64,000 nt of DNA from an uncultured euryarchaeote (GTDB lineage: Archaea; Thermoplasmatota; Poseidoniia; Poseidoniales; Poseidoniaceae): positions 15,578 to 79,577 of the forward strand of contig CAXCCF010000002.1 in NCBI GenBank assembly GCA_963981035.1, read 5' to 3'. Each line of letters begins with the position of its first letter. The first letter of the stretch is position 1. Made by a program: the position numbers and the translations under genes. Below the pieces are notes generated by a model. The model was given only the letters and a program-made list of their open reading frames with translations. It did not search any database and was not told where the DNA came from. Shown here piece by piece: positions 17,953 to 27,209 of the stretch.

Positions 17953-18777
17953 TTATTCAATTCGACGTCGTCGTTTTCTTTGCCAATTTTCATCTCCTTT
18001 AAGATGTTGAATTGCAGTAGTTGCTTCGACTAATCCGCCAAGGATTCTTGTAGCTTCATCATTGGTTAGCATACTACGCATAAGTGAACGCTGTAGTGTT
18101 TGTTGGAAACTTACTGTATGTTCCTCCAAACCTGAAAGAGATTCTGCCATTTCAGTAATCGCTTGATTCAACTTTTCCCTAAGTTGGGGATTGATGTTTC
18201 GCTTTAATGGAACAATACTAGGTAATGCAGGGTCACCACCTTGATTATTGATTACTCTGTTTCTATGCAACTCGTAAAGGACGCTATTTACTGCATGGCT
18301 CAAATTAGCGATAGGATATCCTTCCCATGTTGGAAGTGTTAGTAAAAAATCGCAGTACTCCAAATCTTCAGTCGACAAACCCTTTCCTTCTTCACCAAAA
18401 ATTATTGCTACCTTTTCATTAAATGTTGAAAGTTTTTCTGCCACTTCCCAAGGAAACAAAAAATGGCGGAAAAAAGTCTTCTTACCTTTTTCTCTTTTTC
18501 CAGAAGTTCCTATTACCAATGATACATCTTCTGTCGCCTGTTTTAAGGAATCAAAAGTTTGGCAATTTTCCAATATCATACCAGCATGTTTGGCTCTTTT
18601 TCTTGCCTCAACATCGTCTGGAGAGCAAATAGGGTTAACTAATCTCAGGTTGCAATATCCATGGTTGAGCATGGTCCGACATACTGCTCCAAGATTCCCT
18701 GGATGAGTTGCTCCAACCAAAATAACTTCGAGTTGATATTCACTTTTTGGTAAAGGTAAATCCACTCTATCGCCCAT
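17953..18777 (-). CDS. trmJ: SPOUT RNA methyltransferase, TrmJ family
   Basis: VILV..PGNLGAVCR.M.N.G, LRLVNP, IIFGEEGKGLS, YPIANLSHAV. Confidence 0.85.
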   Translation of the reverse strand: MGDRVDLPLPKSEYQLEVILVGATHPGNLGAVCRTMLNHGYCNLRLVNPICSPDDVEARKRAKHAGMILENCQTFDSLKQATEDVSLVIGTSGKREKGKKTFFRHFLFPWEVAEKLSTFNEKVAIIFGEEGKGLSTEDLEYCDFLLTLPTWEGYPIANLSHAVNSVLYELHRNRVINNQGGDPALPSIVPLKRNINPQLREKLNQAITEMAESLSGLEEHTVSFQQTLQRSLMRSMLTNDEATRILGGLVEATTAIQHLKGDENWQRKRRRRIE

Positions 18778-18779
18778 AA

Positions 18780-19004
18780 TTATTCCTCCTCTTGATAAGA
18801 TTCTTGCCAGGCATTAATCCATCGAGGATCACATGGTTGATACATGAAAAAGAGGAAACCTCCCTCTTCTTTATCTTCCATTACTATCGAACGTTTACGC
18901 ATTCCGTGAACATTTCTCAGATAGAGAATTAGCGATTCTAACACTACTCTTCTGGAGTGGTGAACGCTCACAGGTGTGCGTTTCCAATAAACGCGCACCG
19001 ACAC
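18780..19004 (-). CDS. Hypothetical 74-aa protein in ribosomal protein operon
   Basis: Fills the gap between S17e and trmJ with tight spacing; SD GAGGTG. Confidence 0.7.
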   Translation of the reverse strand: MSVRVYWKRTPVSVHHSRRVVLESLILYLRNVHGMRKRSIVMEDKEEGGFLFFMYQPCDPRWINAWQESYQEEE

Positions 19005-19013
19005 GTGAACACC

Positions 19014-19205
19014 TCAATCAGTGCGGCGTAGTCTATAACGAGTGACGTATCCTGCAATCCAGTTTCTTAGTTTCTTGGATTCTACATCAGTTAATTGTGA
19101 TACCATTACCTTGTTATGGTCAAAATCTTCAGTGAATTTCTCACCGTGTTCTACGACTAGGCGGATGGCTCTAATTTTAATGAAACTTGGTCTAATATTT
19201 CCCAT
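19014..19205 (-). CDS. rps17e: 30S ribosomal protein S17e
   Basis: MGNIRP..IK, F..DFDHNK, SKKLRNWIAGYVT. Confidence 0.95.
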   Translation of the reverse strand: MGNIRPSFIKIRAIRLVVEHGEKFTEDFDHNKVMVSQLTDVESKKLRNWIAGYVTRYRLRRTD

Positions 19206-19210
19206 AATAT

Positions 19211-19486
19211 TCACTCCTCAAATAATTTTACTTCGATAGGGATGTCTGGCTCGTCGTGGCGAGTAATTTGCAACTTGATCTTACGTGGAGGGTTTTCAAT
19301 TCCACGAGACCAAATGTACTCGTTTACTGCAGGGTCTATCCAGACAACTTCTTCTTCTGTTACCTTCAAGTGTTGAATTACTTGATTCTTGATAATTTGT
19401 ATTGCACGTGGTGCACGCTTGTATCTAGTAATATTCCATGCATGGCGCAATGGAACTACTAATTCAGATTGGTTTGCTCTAGCCAT
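19211..19486 (-). CDS. rpl31e: 50S ribosomal protein L31e
   Basis: VPLR, KRAPRAI, IDPAVNEYIWSRGIENPPRKI. Confidence 0.95.
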   Translation of the reverse strand: MARANQSELVVPLRHAWNITRYKRAPRAIQIIKNQVIQHLKVTEEEVVWIDPAVNEYIWSRGIENPPRKIKLQITRHDEPDIPIEVKLFEE

Positions 19487-19495
19487 AATAACACC

Positions 19496-19651
19496 TCAGC
19501 GTTGTAGCTTACTGCGTCTCCAGTGGTGTCTCTTAGGGTGAGAAACCGTATTTCGGTCGGTCTTTAACATGATCCAAACAGGGACACGTCTATTCTGCTT
19601 TCCTGCTTTTAACAGGCGTATTTTTTTTGCGGCTGGCTTATTTCTTGACAT
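19496..19651 (-). CDS. rpl39e: 50S ribosomal protein L39e
   Basis: MSRNK..KK.RL.KA.KQNRRVP.W...KT...[12 protein letters not shown]. Confidence 0.95.
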   Translation of the reverse strand: MSRNKPAAKKIRLLKAGKQNRRVPVWIMLKTDRNTVSHPKRHHWRRSKLQR

Positions 19652-19664
19652 TTCGAGCACCTTC

Positions 19665-20024
19665 TCAGATTCTTCGGATGGACGCACTATGGCGGCTCTT
19701 GGATTGTGATGCGAGCAATTGCTTGAATTGCTCATCGTTGATAATACCTTGAATTCTACCTTCTTGATTCATTTTCATCAAAGCTACTTTGATGCTGTCT
19801 GCACGCTGTGGTGTAGCCATTGCAATAGTGGCTAAACGTGAGCGGGCCTCAGGAGAAAGAATTGATTTGATTGCTGCATTGATATTTTGCTCATCAACTT
19901 GTGCTTGTTGTGCTTTTATCTCAGCATCTGCTTGCGCTGATGCTTGCTGTTGTAATTGCTTTTGCAACTCTAAACGGCGTTGTTCTCTCAATATAGACAA
20001 CTCATTATCTTGAGTTGTCACCAT
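19665..20024 (-). CDS. PDCD5-like DNA-binding protein
   Basis: [25 protein letters not shown]; conserved position after S19e. Confidence 0.9.
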   Translation of the reverse strand: MVTTQDNELSILREQRRLELQKQLQQQASAQADAEIKAQQAQVDEQNINAAIKSILSPEARSRLATIAMATPQRADSIKVALMKMNQEGRIQGIINDEQFKQLLASQSKSRHSASIRRI

Positions 20025-20045
20025 TGTATTCACCACTTCACTTCC

Positions 20046-20537
20046 TTAGTACTTATCTAAACCAGGGAATTGCTCATTTGCAGCATCTCTGCAACCATGA
20101 GCGATTTCGTTTAGCATCTTTTGGCCAGCACTAGTGATTCTGCGACCTGCATAAAGTTGAACTTCTCCATCTTCTGTTTCAATGGTCTTTGTTGGAACCT
20201 TTTCAACCAATCCTGCGGATTCAAGTTGTTGAAGAGATGTACGGATAATATGTCGTCCTGCAACACCAGGTGTATTTGGCATTGCACCATTATCCTTGAT
20301 TCCACCATATGCTTGTGAAAGATGTGTTACACCGATTGGACCTTCTCTTGCTACCTTTCTAAGAAGTGCAGCAGATCTAAGGTACCACCAGTTTTCTTGG
20401 GATGGTGGGCGCTCACGTGAAACTGCAGTCTTGACAAATCCAGCCCAATCTGGAGTTTCAATTCCATCGGTTGATGCAATTCTCTCAGCAAGAGCTGGGA
20501 TAAGGAGTTCAGCAGGAATATCGTAGAACGTGGTCAT
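20046..20537 (-). CDS. rps19e: 30S ribosomal protein S19e
   Basis: YDIPA, PDWA.FVKT...ERPP, WWY.R.AA.LRK, GPIGV, IIR..LQQLE.AGLV. Confidence 0.95.
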   Translation of the reverse strand: MTTFYDIPAELLIPALAERIASTDGIETPDWAGFVKTAVSRERPPSQENWWYLRSAALLRKVAREGPIGVTHLSQAYGGIKDNGAMPNTPGVAGRHIIRTSLQQLESAGLVEKVPTKTIETEDGEVQLYAGRRITSAGQKMLNEIAHGCRDAANEQFPGLDKY

Positions 20538-20680
20538 GATAAGACACCAAGCAATTCGCCGACTTATCTCCCCTATATCAAGGAAACGGGTATGAGCGGG
20601 GTACTGATTGGCCATCTGTTGCTTGATTAACGGGTATTTTTTTGTGCAAGTGTTGATGAAGTGGTTACTTTACGCCACGC

Positions 20681-21502
20681 ATGATGAAGAAAGCATTAGC
20701 CCAAAATCCGAACCTTCTTCGGACACTTCTGGGACTTTCATTCACGCTAATTTTTTTGCTATCATATGCAGTTTATGGCGCAACAATAGCCCCTTCGTAC
20801 TACATTTATGAAACAGAAGCAGTCTCTACTGAAATGTCAGATAGTGAACCTCAAAAATTGTATGATGATGGAGATAATACTACTACTTGGCATTGGGAGT
20901 TTGCAGTTGATGGACAAAATTTGACATGGGTAAATCTAACTGCAATGGAGTTATCAGATGGCGCCATTGTAAAATTATCAAATGGAGCGGGTTTGTTTAG
21001 CCACCACCTGCTTGGAGTTGCCGGCGCAAGGGATTTTTCCTGCCAGCAACAATGTCAACAAAATATTACACACCAGATAATTTCTGAAAGTGGGGAAGAA
21101 GTTTCAATAGTTACACTAACCGAATTAGACCCTGCGCGAAGAAATAATGGTTCAGTATATGGGGAGGATATCAATGCTGCTGAGAAAAGGGCCCGTGAAG
21201 AAATTGAATATTTTCATTCACCTTCGACAATACGCGTAGAAATTATTGAGCAAGGAAATAGAAGCACCAATCCAAGTATCATGTTGATTAGTGTTAACGA
21301 AGAATTTGCTTCAATTTCTGTGTTTTCAGTTGATGCTGCAACAGAGTTCTTGTGGGCATTAGCATCAGTAGTCGGATGTTTTGCAGTGATATTAATTCCA
21401 TCTTTTACAATATTTTTTGCTGCTAGAGCAAAGGAAAAGAGAGATAATTTGAAACTCAAACAACAGCAATCCGAGGATGAAATTTCAATTAATGCCAATT
21501 AA
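20681..21502 (+). CDS. Hypothetical membrane protein (N- and C-terminal TM helices, extracellular domain)
   Basis: Two hydrophobic segments flanking a domain of about 180 aa. Confidence 0.7.
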   Translation: MMKKALAQNPNLLRTLLGLSFTLIFLLSYAVYGATIAPSYYIYETEAVSTEMSDSEPQKLYDDGDNTTTWHWEFAVDGQNLTWVNLTAMELSDGAIVKLSNGAGLFSHHLLGVAGARDFSCQQQCQQNITHQIISESGEEVSIVTLTELDPARRNNGSVYGEDINAAEKRAREEIEYFHSPSTIRVEIIEQGNRSTNPSIMLISVNEEFASISVFSVDAATEFLWALASVVGCFAVILIPSFTIFFAARAKEKRDNLKLKQQQSEDEISINAN

Positions 21503-21586
21503 TGAAAATAATATTCTAAGTGATGAGATATTAAAATTGTGACACTGTCCTCATATAGATTGAAGCAGTGTGCCGACATGAGGGGC

Positions 21587-24500
21587 ATGAGTAGATTACC
21601 GCTGATATTGGTTTTGATGATATTATTGTCTTCAAATATTTCTATTGAGAATCATAGCCTAGTGGAGGAAAATATTGATGCTGTTTCTGCTAGAGCAACT
21701 GGTGTTGATTTGGCTGTAACAAACTCCACCTATAGTTATCCAAATTCTGTTGATGAAGGAAAATACCGCATGTTTTCATCTAATTTCCCAATTTTAGGAT
21801 TTAATAAACCATTTAATCTATTTGTCATAGATGCAATGGTAGATGTGCCGATTAGTGCAAAAATAGTCGTTGAAAACTTTGGCACAAATCCATCAGGAAC
21901 AATAGATATTAACATTAAATTATTGCACAATGAATATACTCAATTTGAGCTTGTAAATGATACGATTCAAATGGCATCAATTAATGGTGGTTCATCGAAT
22001 AGTATTGACCATCAATTTACCCCGACTTATTCAGGTAATCACACGATTGAAATTACTGTTACTTCAACAATTCTTGATGATAACCCGAATAATGATGTTT
22101 GGTCAAGAGGGTTTGCAGTTGGATATCAATACTACAATTGCGATGTTTTAACCTCATGGACTATCGGAAATATGTGGTCGTCAAACACAGATGCTTCAAT
22201 CTCAAAAGGCAAATCATGTCATGTCGGTTCTGGTTCTAGTTCAACATATAACAATGGAATGCAAACATCTCTAATTACACCAGTTCTTGATTTATCAGAT
22301 GCTGTTGAAAATCCTACAAGAACAAATGGATTAACTTTTTTCTACACCGGAAGCGCTGCTTCAAATGACCAACTGAAAATGTACTCAAAGAATACTGCAG
22401 GTGGTTGGAATGAATTGGGAACGATTAGCAATACCATTGACAATAACTTTGCTGATGGTAGTAATTGGCAAACCTTTACCGTCAACAATAAAGGATATTC
22501 TTCGCCACTAATTCCGGTTCCACAAGCCGATTTCCATTCACAATCTCAATTCAAGTTTGAATTTATCAGTGATTCTACAGGCGTTGATATTGGTTATTGG
22601 TTGGATGACTTAGTAATATTGTATGATCAAAAAGTGAAAGTGACAGAATATAGTTTGAGTTCAAGTGGCGTCTCCACAATAGGTTCATTGCCAGGTGATT
22701 GGGGCTCGGTTAGAGTTGAAGTGACAAATGACGGAAATATCACAGATTCATTTATCCCTTCATTGATAGGTTTACCATCTGATTGGCAAGTATATTATTC
22801 TCATACCAACGGCATTGCGTTAAATCCACAAACCGGAGTGTCATTATTCCCTGGTGAATCAAAACAAATAGATTTGAAAATAATGCCGGGCTTGAATGAA
22901 TCTACTGGATTTACTCAAATGACTTTCAAAGCATACTCTACTTACTACAATGAGATCAATACTACTTTACCAGTTCAATTTCAGGTATTAGCTGATAGAA
23001 TTCCGCTGATTACTGGGCCTGAGTTTAGACCTAGTTGCCCACCGGGTAGCACCTGTACATTTTCTGCACTTGTTGAAAACATAGGTGCAGCAACTGATGT
23101 ATTTGACTTGACAATTGACCAAACTACGCTCCCGAATGGTTGGCAAGTTGGTTTAGAATGGACACAGGCGAGTAGTATACTGGTTAGACCAGATACACCG
23201 GTGCAGATATTTATGACTATGTCACTACCAAATGATTGCCCTCCAGACACTCTTTCAACATTCAAATTAACTGCAACATCACAAAATGATACGAGTAGAT
23301 TCCATGAAATTGAAATCGATATCTCAGCATCGATGATATCCAATGCCAGCGTAGTCCAAACCATATCGCAATCCGCCGATGATTGGGTGATTACTGCTGG
23401 TGAAAGTAAGATGATTTCATTTACCATAACAAATCATGCTACTAGGCAAGATATTTTTGAGATGTCAGTTCAATCAAGCGGAGGATTATTCTGGGATGTT
23501 GAACAACCTACTAGACCTAATGCTGTGATTAACCCTGGAGATTCGACTACTTTTACTGCAAAGGTGACGGCTCCTGAAAATGCTCAAGCAGGTGATGATG
23601 GGCCGACGATAACACCAATTATCACATCAACAAGAAGTGGAATGTCATTTATGGGCGATGAATTTAACGAACTTGAAGTCGCAGTTATTGAAGACCTTGT
23701 AATTCGACTTATTGAATCACCAACAAAACTAATTCCGGGTGCTGCAAACAAAATTGAAGTTGAAATTGAAAATGACGGTAATGGCCCAACTGATGCGATG
23801 ATTGATCTGCCGAATTTGCCGAATACATGGCAATGGTGGATTAGAGTCGCAGACCAAAATCACACCGGCCCTATTGAATTGTCAGCCTCTTACGATTTAC
23901 AGGACATAAAAACTGTCGAAATCTGGATTTTAATTTCAATGACAGAATCAGCAGGAATATTGCATACGATAGAAATTGCATTATCCTCTGATTCAGCTGA
24001 AATAGACATTAATCCATCAGACAATTTTATCGAAACAAATGCAATAATTTCGTCACATAAACAGCCATTCATCACCAATTCCTCCAGCCCAGAGGGGGTC
24101 ATGGCCGGCTCAACCACATCTGCAAATATTACTATCCAAAATATTGGGAATGCTGTAGATAACCAAATTTCGGTACGAGCAATAATTTCAACATCTCCGC
24201 CAACCTCTGGAATAATCAGTTTCTTTTCTGTAGGCGAGAATGGCGGTGCTCTTCCAGTCGATGAGTGGTCAACGATTACACTTAGAGGTGGAGAAGAAAC
24301 GACTCTCTCAGTTGACATGATTCTTCCCGAGGACATTTCGCTCAATACAAGAATTGTTGTGAGATTTGAAATTGTTGGCGGATTAGATTTTGAAATGCGC
24401 CCATATAATTTAGATCATGAAGCGATGATCGTTGTTGACTCAAGACGTTCAATGACAACAACTTCTAGCCCTATTAGCAACGAGACAAATGAGTTTGGTA

Positions 24501-25219
24501 TTTCAGTTCCACTTTGGATTAATCTAACAAGCACGTCAACTGTGAATGAAAATTATATTGTTAGAAGTACTGTTCCCGACGGGTGGCAAGTGGTTTGTCT
24601 TGGAGTTCTAATGAATGAAAGTGGATACCCTATCACTACCTCTCCTGGACACATTAATGCGCAGGAAAAATTTGTTTCTTGTGATATTCACAGACTTAAT
24701 GGAATACTTGAGGGCCAAATAGAAATCACAGTAGAGAGCCAAGATGGGTTTTTGTCATGGCATGATAAACAATCAATATTTTTCCAACCTCAAGGCGATG
24801 AATCATTCGAACTCAGTACAGAGTTGGCAGTGGCAAGTGGACTCGCATTTTTCGTATTTATCGCATTAATTGCGGTATTAATTAAAAAGCGTTCATCGGA
24901 AGACGATGAAATGTCACACACTGAAGAAAAGGAAGAAGTCCCATTGGTTGCAACTTCTGGACCGCCGATTTCTCATATTAGTGGCCCGTCTGTGAGCCAA
25001 AACTCCATCGATACTAGTACGCAGCATATGAGTGATACGGACCAACCATCTAATGCGCCAACAGGACCTCCTCAAATTGAAGTTGTTAATACAGAACAAG
25101 AGATTCAAAGTCCTGCTCAAATTATTGGCCCACCACTACCTGATGCCGGTTTACCTGTAGGTTGGTCTATGGAACAGTGGAATCACTACGGTCAGCAATA
25201 TTTGGATGGAACTCTTTAG
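21587..25219 (+). CDS. Large secreted, membrane-anchored protein with CARDB/Ig-like repeats
   Basis: Signal peptide; repeated V.N.GN..D.F...LP.GW modules; C-terminal TM and Pro-rich tail. Confidence 0.8.
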   Translation: MSRLPLILVLMILLSSNISIENHSLVEENIDAVSARATGVDLAVTNSTYSYPNSVDEGKYRMFSSNFPILGFNKPFNLFVIDAMVDVPISAKIVVENFGTNPSGTIDINIKLLHNEYTQFELVNDTIQMASINGGSSNSIDHQFTPTYSGNHTIEITVTSTILDDNPNNDVWSRGFAVGYQYYNCDVLTSWTIGNMWSSNTDASISKGKSCHVGSGSSSTYNNGMQTSLITPVLDLSDAVENPTRTNGLTFFYTGSAASNDQLKMYSKNTAGGWNELGTISNTIDNNFADGSNWQTFTVNNKGYSSPLIPVPQADFHSQSQFKFEFISDSTGVDIGYWLDDLVILYDQKVKVTEYSLSSSGVSTIGSLPGDWGSVRVEVTNDGNITDSFIPSLIGLPSDWQVYYSHTNGIALNPQTGVSLFPGESKQIDLKIMPGLNESTGFTQMTFKAYSTYYNEINTTLPVQFQVLADRIPLITGPEFRPSCPPGSTCTFSALVENIGAATDVFDLTIDQTTLPNGWQVGLEWTQASSILVRPDTPVQIFMTMSLPNDCPPDTLSTFKLTATSQNDTSRFHEIEIDISASMISNASVVQTISQSADDWVITAGESKMISFTITNHATRQDIFEMSVQSSGGLFWDVEQPTRPNAVINPGDSTTFTAKVTAPENAQAGDDGPTITPIITSTRSGMSFMGDEFNELEVAVIEDLVIRLIESPTKLIPGAANKIEVEIENDGNGPTDAMIDLPNLPNTWQWWIRVADQNHTGPIELSASYDLQDIKTVEIWILISMTESAGILHTIEIALSSDSAEIDINPSDNFIETNAIISSHKQPFITNSSSPEGVMAGSTTSANITIQNIGNAVDNQISVRAIISTSPPTSGIISFFSVGENGGALPVDEWSTITLRGGEETTLSVDMILPEDISLNTRIVVRFEIVGGLDFEMRPYNLDHEAMIVVDSRRSMTTTSSPISNETNEFGISVPLWINLTSTSTVNENYIVRSTVPDGWQVVCLGVLMNESGYPITTSPGHINAQEKFVSCDIHRLNGILEGQIEITVESQDGFLSWHDKQSIFFQPQGDESFELSTELAVASGLAFFVFIALIAVLIKKRSSEDDEMSHTEEKEEVPLVATSGPPISHISGPSVSQNSIDTSTQHMSDTDQPSNAPTGPPQIEVVNTEQEIQSPAQIIGPPLPDAGLPVGWSMEQWNHYGQQYLDGTL

Positions 25220-25248
25220 ATAAAGCAAAAGGTGAACATTGTTTGGAG

Positions 25249-25428
25249 ATGTATATGGCAACATACCCTCCACTATGGTATGGATTGCTATTTATTGTTT
25301 CAATTTGTGGAGTTGCCACTTGGTATCTACGCAATTTCACCTCCAAAGAGGAGTTGACTAAACTAGTTGCCTTTAGCGGAATTATTGCAATGATTAGTTT
25401 ATTGGGATGGACATTAACTGAATTTTAA
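25249..25428 (+). CDS. Small two-TM membrane protein
   Basis: About 59 aa with two hydrophobic helices; abuts the next gene. Confidence 0.6.
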   Translation: MYMATYPPLWYGLLFIVSICGVATWYLRNFTSKEELTKLVAFSGIIAMISLLGWTLTEF

Positions 25429-25437
25429 GTGATTATT

Positions 25438-25944
25438 ATGGCTGAAATTGTTGATTCCTCGAATAGCACATATGCGGGGAAGTATCCCTGTAGGCTACCG
25501 GTATGGTGGGGACGCTATGGAGAAATTGGACCTCACCCAGAAGGTAATGGAATCAGTGGAAGAAAAATTGTCATTCGTATTGAAAAAAAGTTTAAGAAAA
25601 TTGAGTCAATATTCGCAAAATTATTACGAGCGCCTAAAGAATTAAGGAGACCACTTGACAAAATGAATAGTTTGCTTTGGGAATTATGCGATGGTACGAA
25701 AGATTTTGAGGAAATATGTAATCAATTAGATTCCACATACCATGAAGAAATCGCACCGGTAGTAAATAGAACAACTCTGGGAATCGCTTCATTAATCGCT
25801 AACAATCTAGTATTGGCGCTAGACAAGCCCTTTGATGGAAAGTGGAACATTGGACCAGGTATTACTCCTGCAGGGCAAGTTCTTGATGAATTAGATGAAC
25901 GATTAAAAATTGATATTTCACTATTGGATGGAGAAAAATATTAG
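25438..25944 (+). CDS. PqqD-family (RRE-like) domain protein
   Basis: LDKMNSLLWELCDGTKDFEEIC..L...Y.EEIAP pattern. Confidence 0.7.
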   Translation: MAEIVDSSNSTYAGKYPCRLPVWWGRYGEIGPHPEGNGISGRKIVIRIEKKFKKIESIFAKLLRAPKELRRPLDKMNSLLWELCDGTKDFEEICNQLDSTYHEEIAPVVNRTTLGIASLIANNLVLALDKPFDGKWNIGPGITPAGQVLDELDERLKIDISLLDGEKY

Positions 25945-26291
25945 CCTAAAATTTCACTAAAATTTTGTGGCGGCCTTCCAATAATTACTCGCTTTCCATC
26001 ATCCAATAGAGGTCTTTGCATTACTTGGGGTAATTCGAGAAGAATAGTTAGCACATTTTTGCTATTGGTCAAATCAAGTGTTGTAAAATTCGATTGCTTG
26101 AATGCATCATCTCCATTGCGAATTAATCCAGAAACACATCCCTCAAGCCTTGAAATGATCTCCTCCAACTCACTTTTTGTCAAAGATGATTTGAGATAGT
26201 GTACAATCTCTACTTCCATTGTAGATTCATTGCATAGTTCAAGTCCTTGGCGCGATTTTGAACAACGTGGATTATGATAAAGGGTTGCCAT
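25941..26291 (-). CDS. arsC: ArsC/Spx family reductase
   Basis: YHNPRCSKSR, MQRPLL, IGRPP. Confidence 0.88.
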   Translation of the reverse strand: MATLYHNPRCSKSRQGLELCNESTMEVEIVHYLKSSLTKSELEEIISRLEGCVSGLIRNGDDAFKQSNFTTLDLTNSKNVLTILLELPQVMQRPLLDDGKRVIIGRPPQNFSEILG

Positions 26292-26328
26292 AGCAATTGC
26301 TCTAAATCCAAGTTAATGATTTATCTGT

Positions 26329-27072
26329 TTAATTTGGTTGCCACACCAAGCGAATTCCGATTCCATCTTTTGAGATATTTTGCTGTGAAGACCCTCTAGC
26401 TGAGCAACGTGTTGAATCACTTTCTGTGAACCAGTTTCCTCCTCTGTGTACTTTGCGATTTGACTCACTGTTTTTCATTGCAGATTGATCGCTTGGGGCA
26501 TCAGAATAGTCATCACACCAATCGTCCAGACACCATTCGCTCACATTTCCATGAAAATCATGAAAACCCCACTGGTTAGCCTTTTTCTGTCCGACTTCTC
26601 TAGTTGATGCTCCGGAATTTCCAGCGTGCCAGCCATGTTCGTCTAAATCTGAATCTCTATCTCCAAAGGACCAGCGTGTTATGGTGTCAGCGCGAGCAGC
26701 ATATTCCCATTCTGATTCACTTGGTAATCTCCAAATACCTCGCAATCCTAATCGCAATGAATCATTGTGTTCTGCGTTTAATTTGTCGATAAATAACTGA
26801 GCGTCGTCCCATGAAACATTTTCAATTGGCCGTAATCCCGCTGACCATCCTTCACAAAATTTCGCTGGGTTATCACCCATTACCGACTGCCAATGTAATT
26901 GTGTGACCTGCATTTGTCCAAAAAAATATGGCTCCGTAATATTGACATTGCGGGAAGGTGATTCTCTTCGTGGTGAGTTTATTGACATATTTCCCATGAC
27001 AAAGGTTCCTGGTTTAACCAATAAATATGTGGAACCAAAATCATCTTCAAAACGCGGAATCTGAGTGGACAT
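26329..27072 (-). CDS. Formylglycine-generating enzyme (FGE-sulfatase) domain protein
   Basis: GTFVMG, VTQ, P.ENVSW.DA, RLPSESEWEYAAR, GNVSEW, RGG.W, GIRL. Confidence 0.88.
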   Translation of the reverse strand: MSTQIPRFEDDFGSTYLLVKPGTFVMGNMSINSPRRESPSRNVNITEPYFFGQMQVTQLHWQSVMGDNPAKFCEGWSAGLRPIENVSWDDAQLFIDKLNAEHNDSLRLGLRGIWRLPSESEWEYAARADTITRWSFGDRDSDLDEHGWHAGNSGASTREVGQKKANQWGFHDFHGNVSEWCLDDWCDDYSDAPSDQSAMKNSESNRKVHRGGNWFTESDSTRCSARGSSQQNISKDGIGIRLVWQPN

Positions 27073-27209
27073 TGAAACACCTATCTCTTTCTTATTCTCG
27101 CTAGGTAGCCAAAGTTAATGTCATTTGCCATAAAAATATTGAATGTTGACAAAAAATTAGACCCAACGATAAGCAACTCTTATCCGCATTAGGTGGTCCC
27201 TTGCATATT

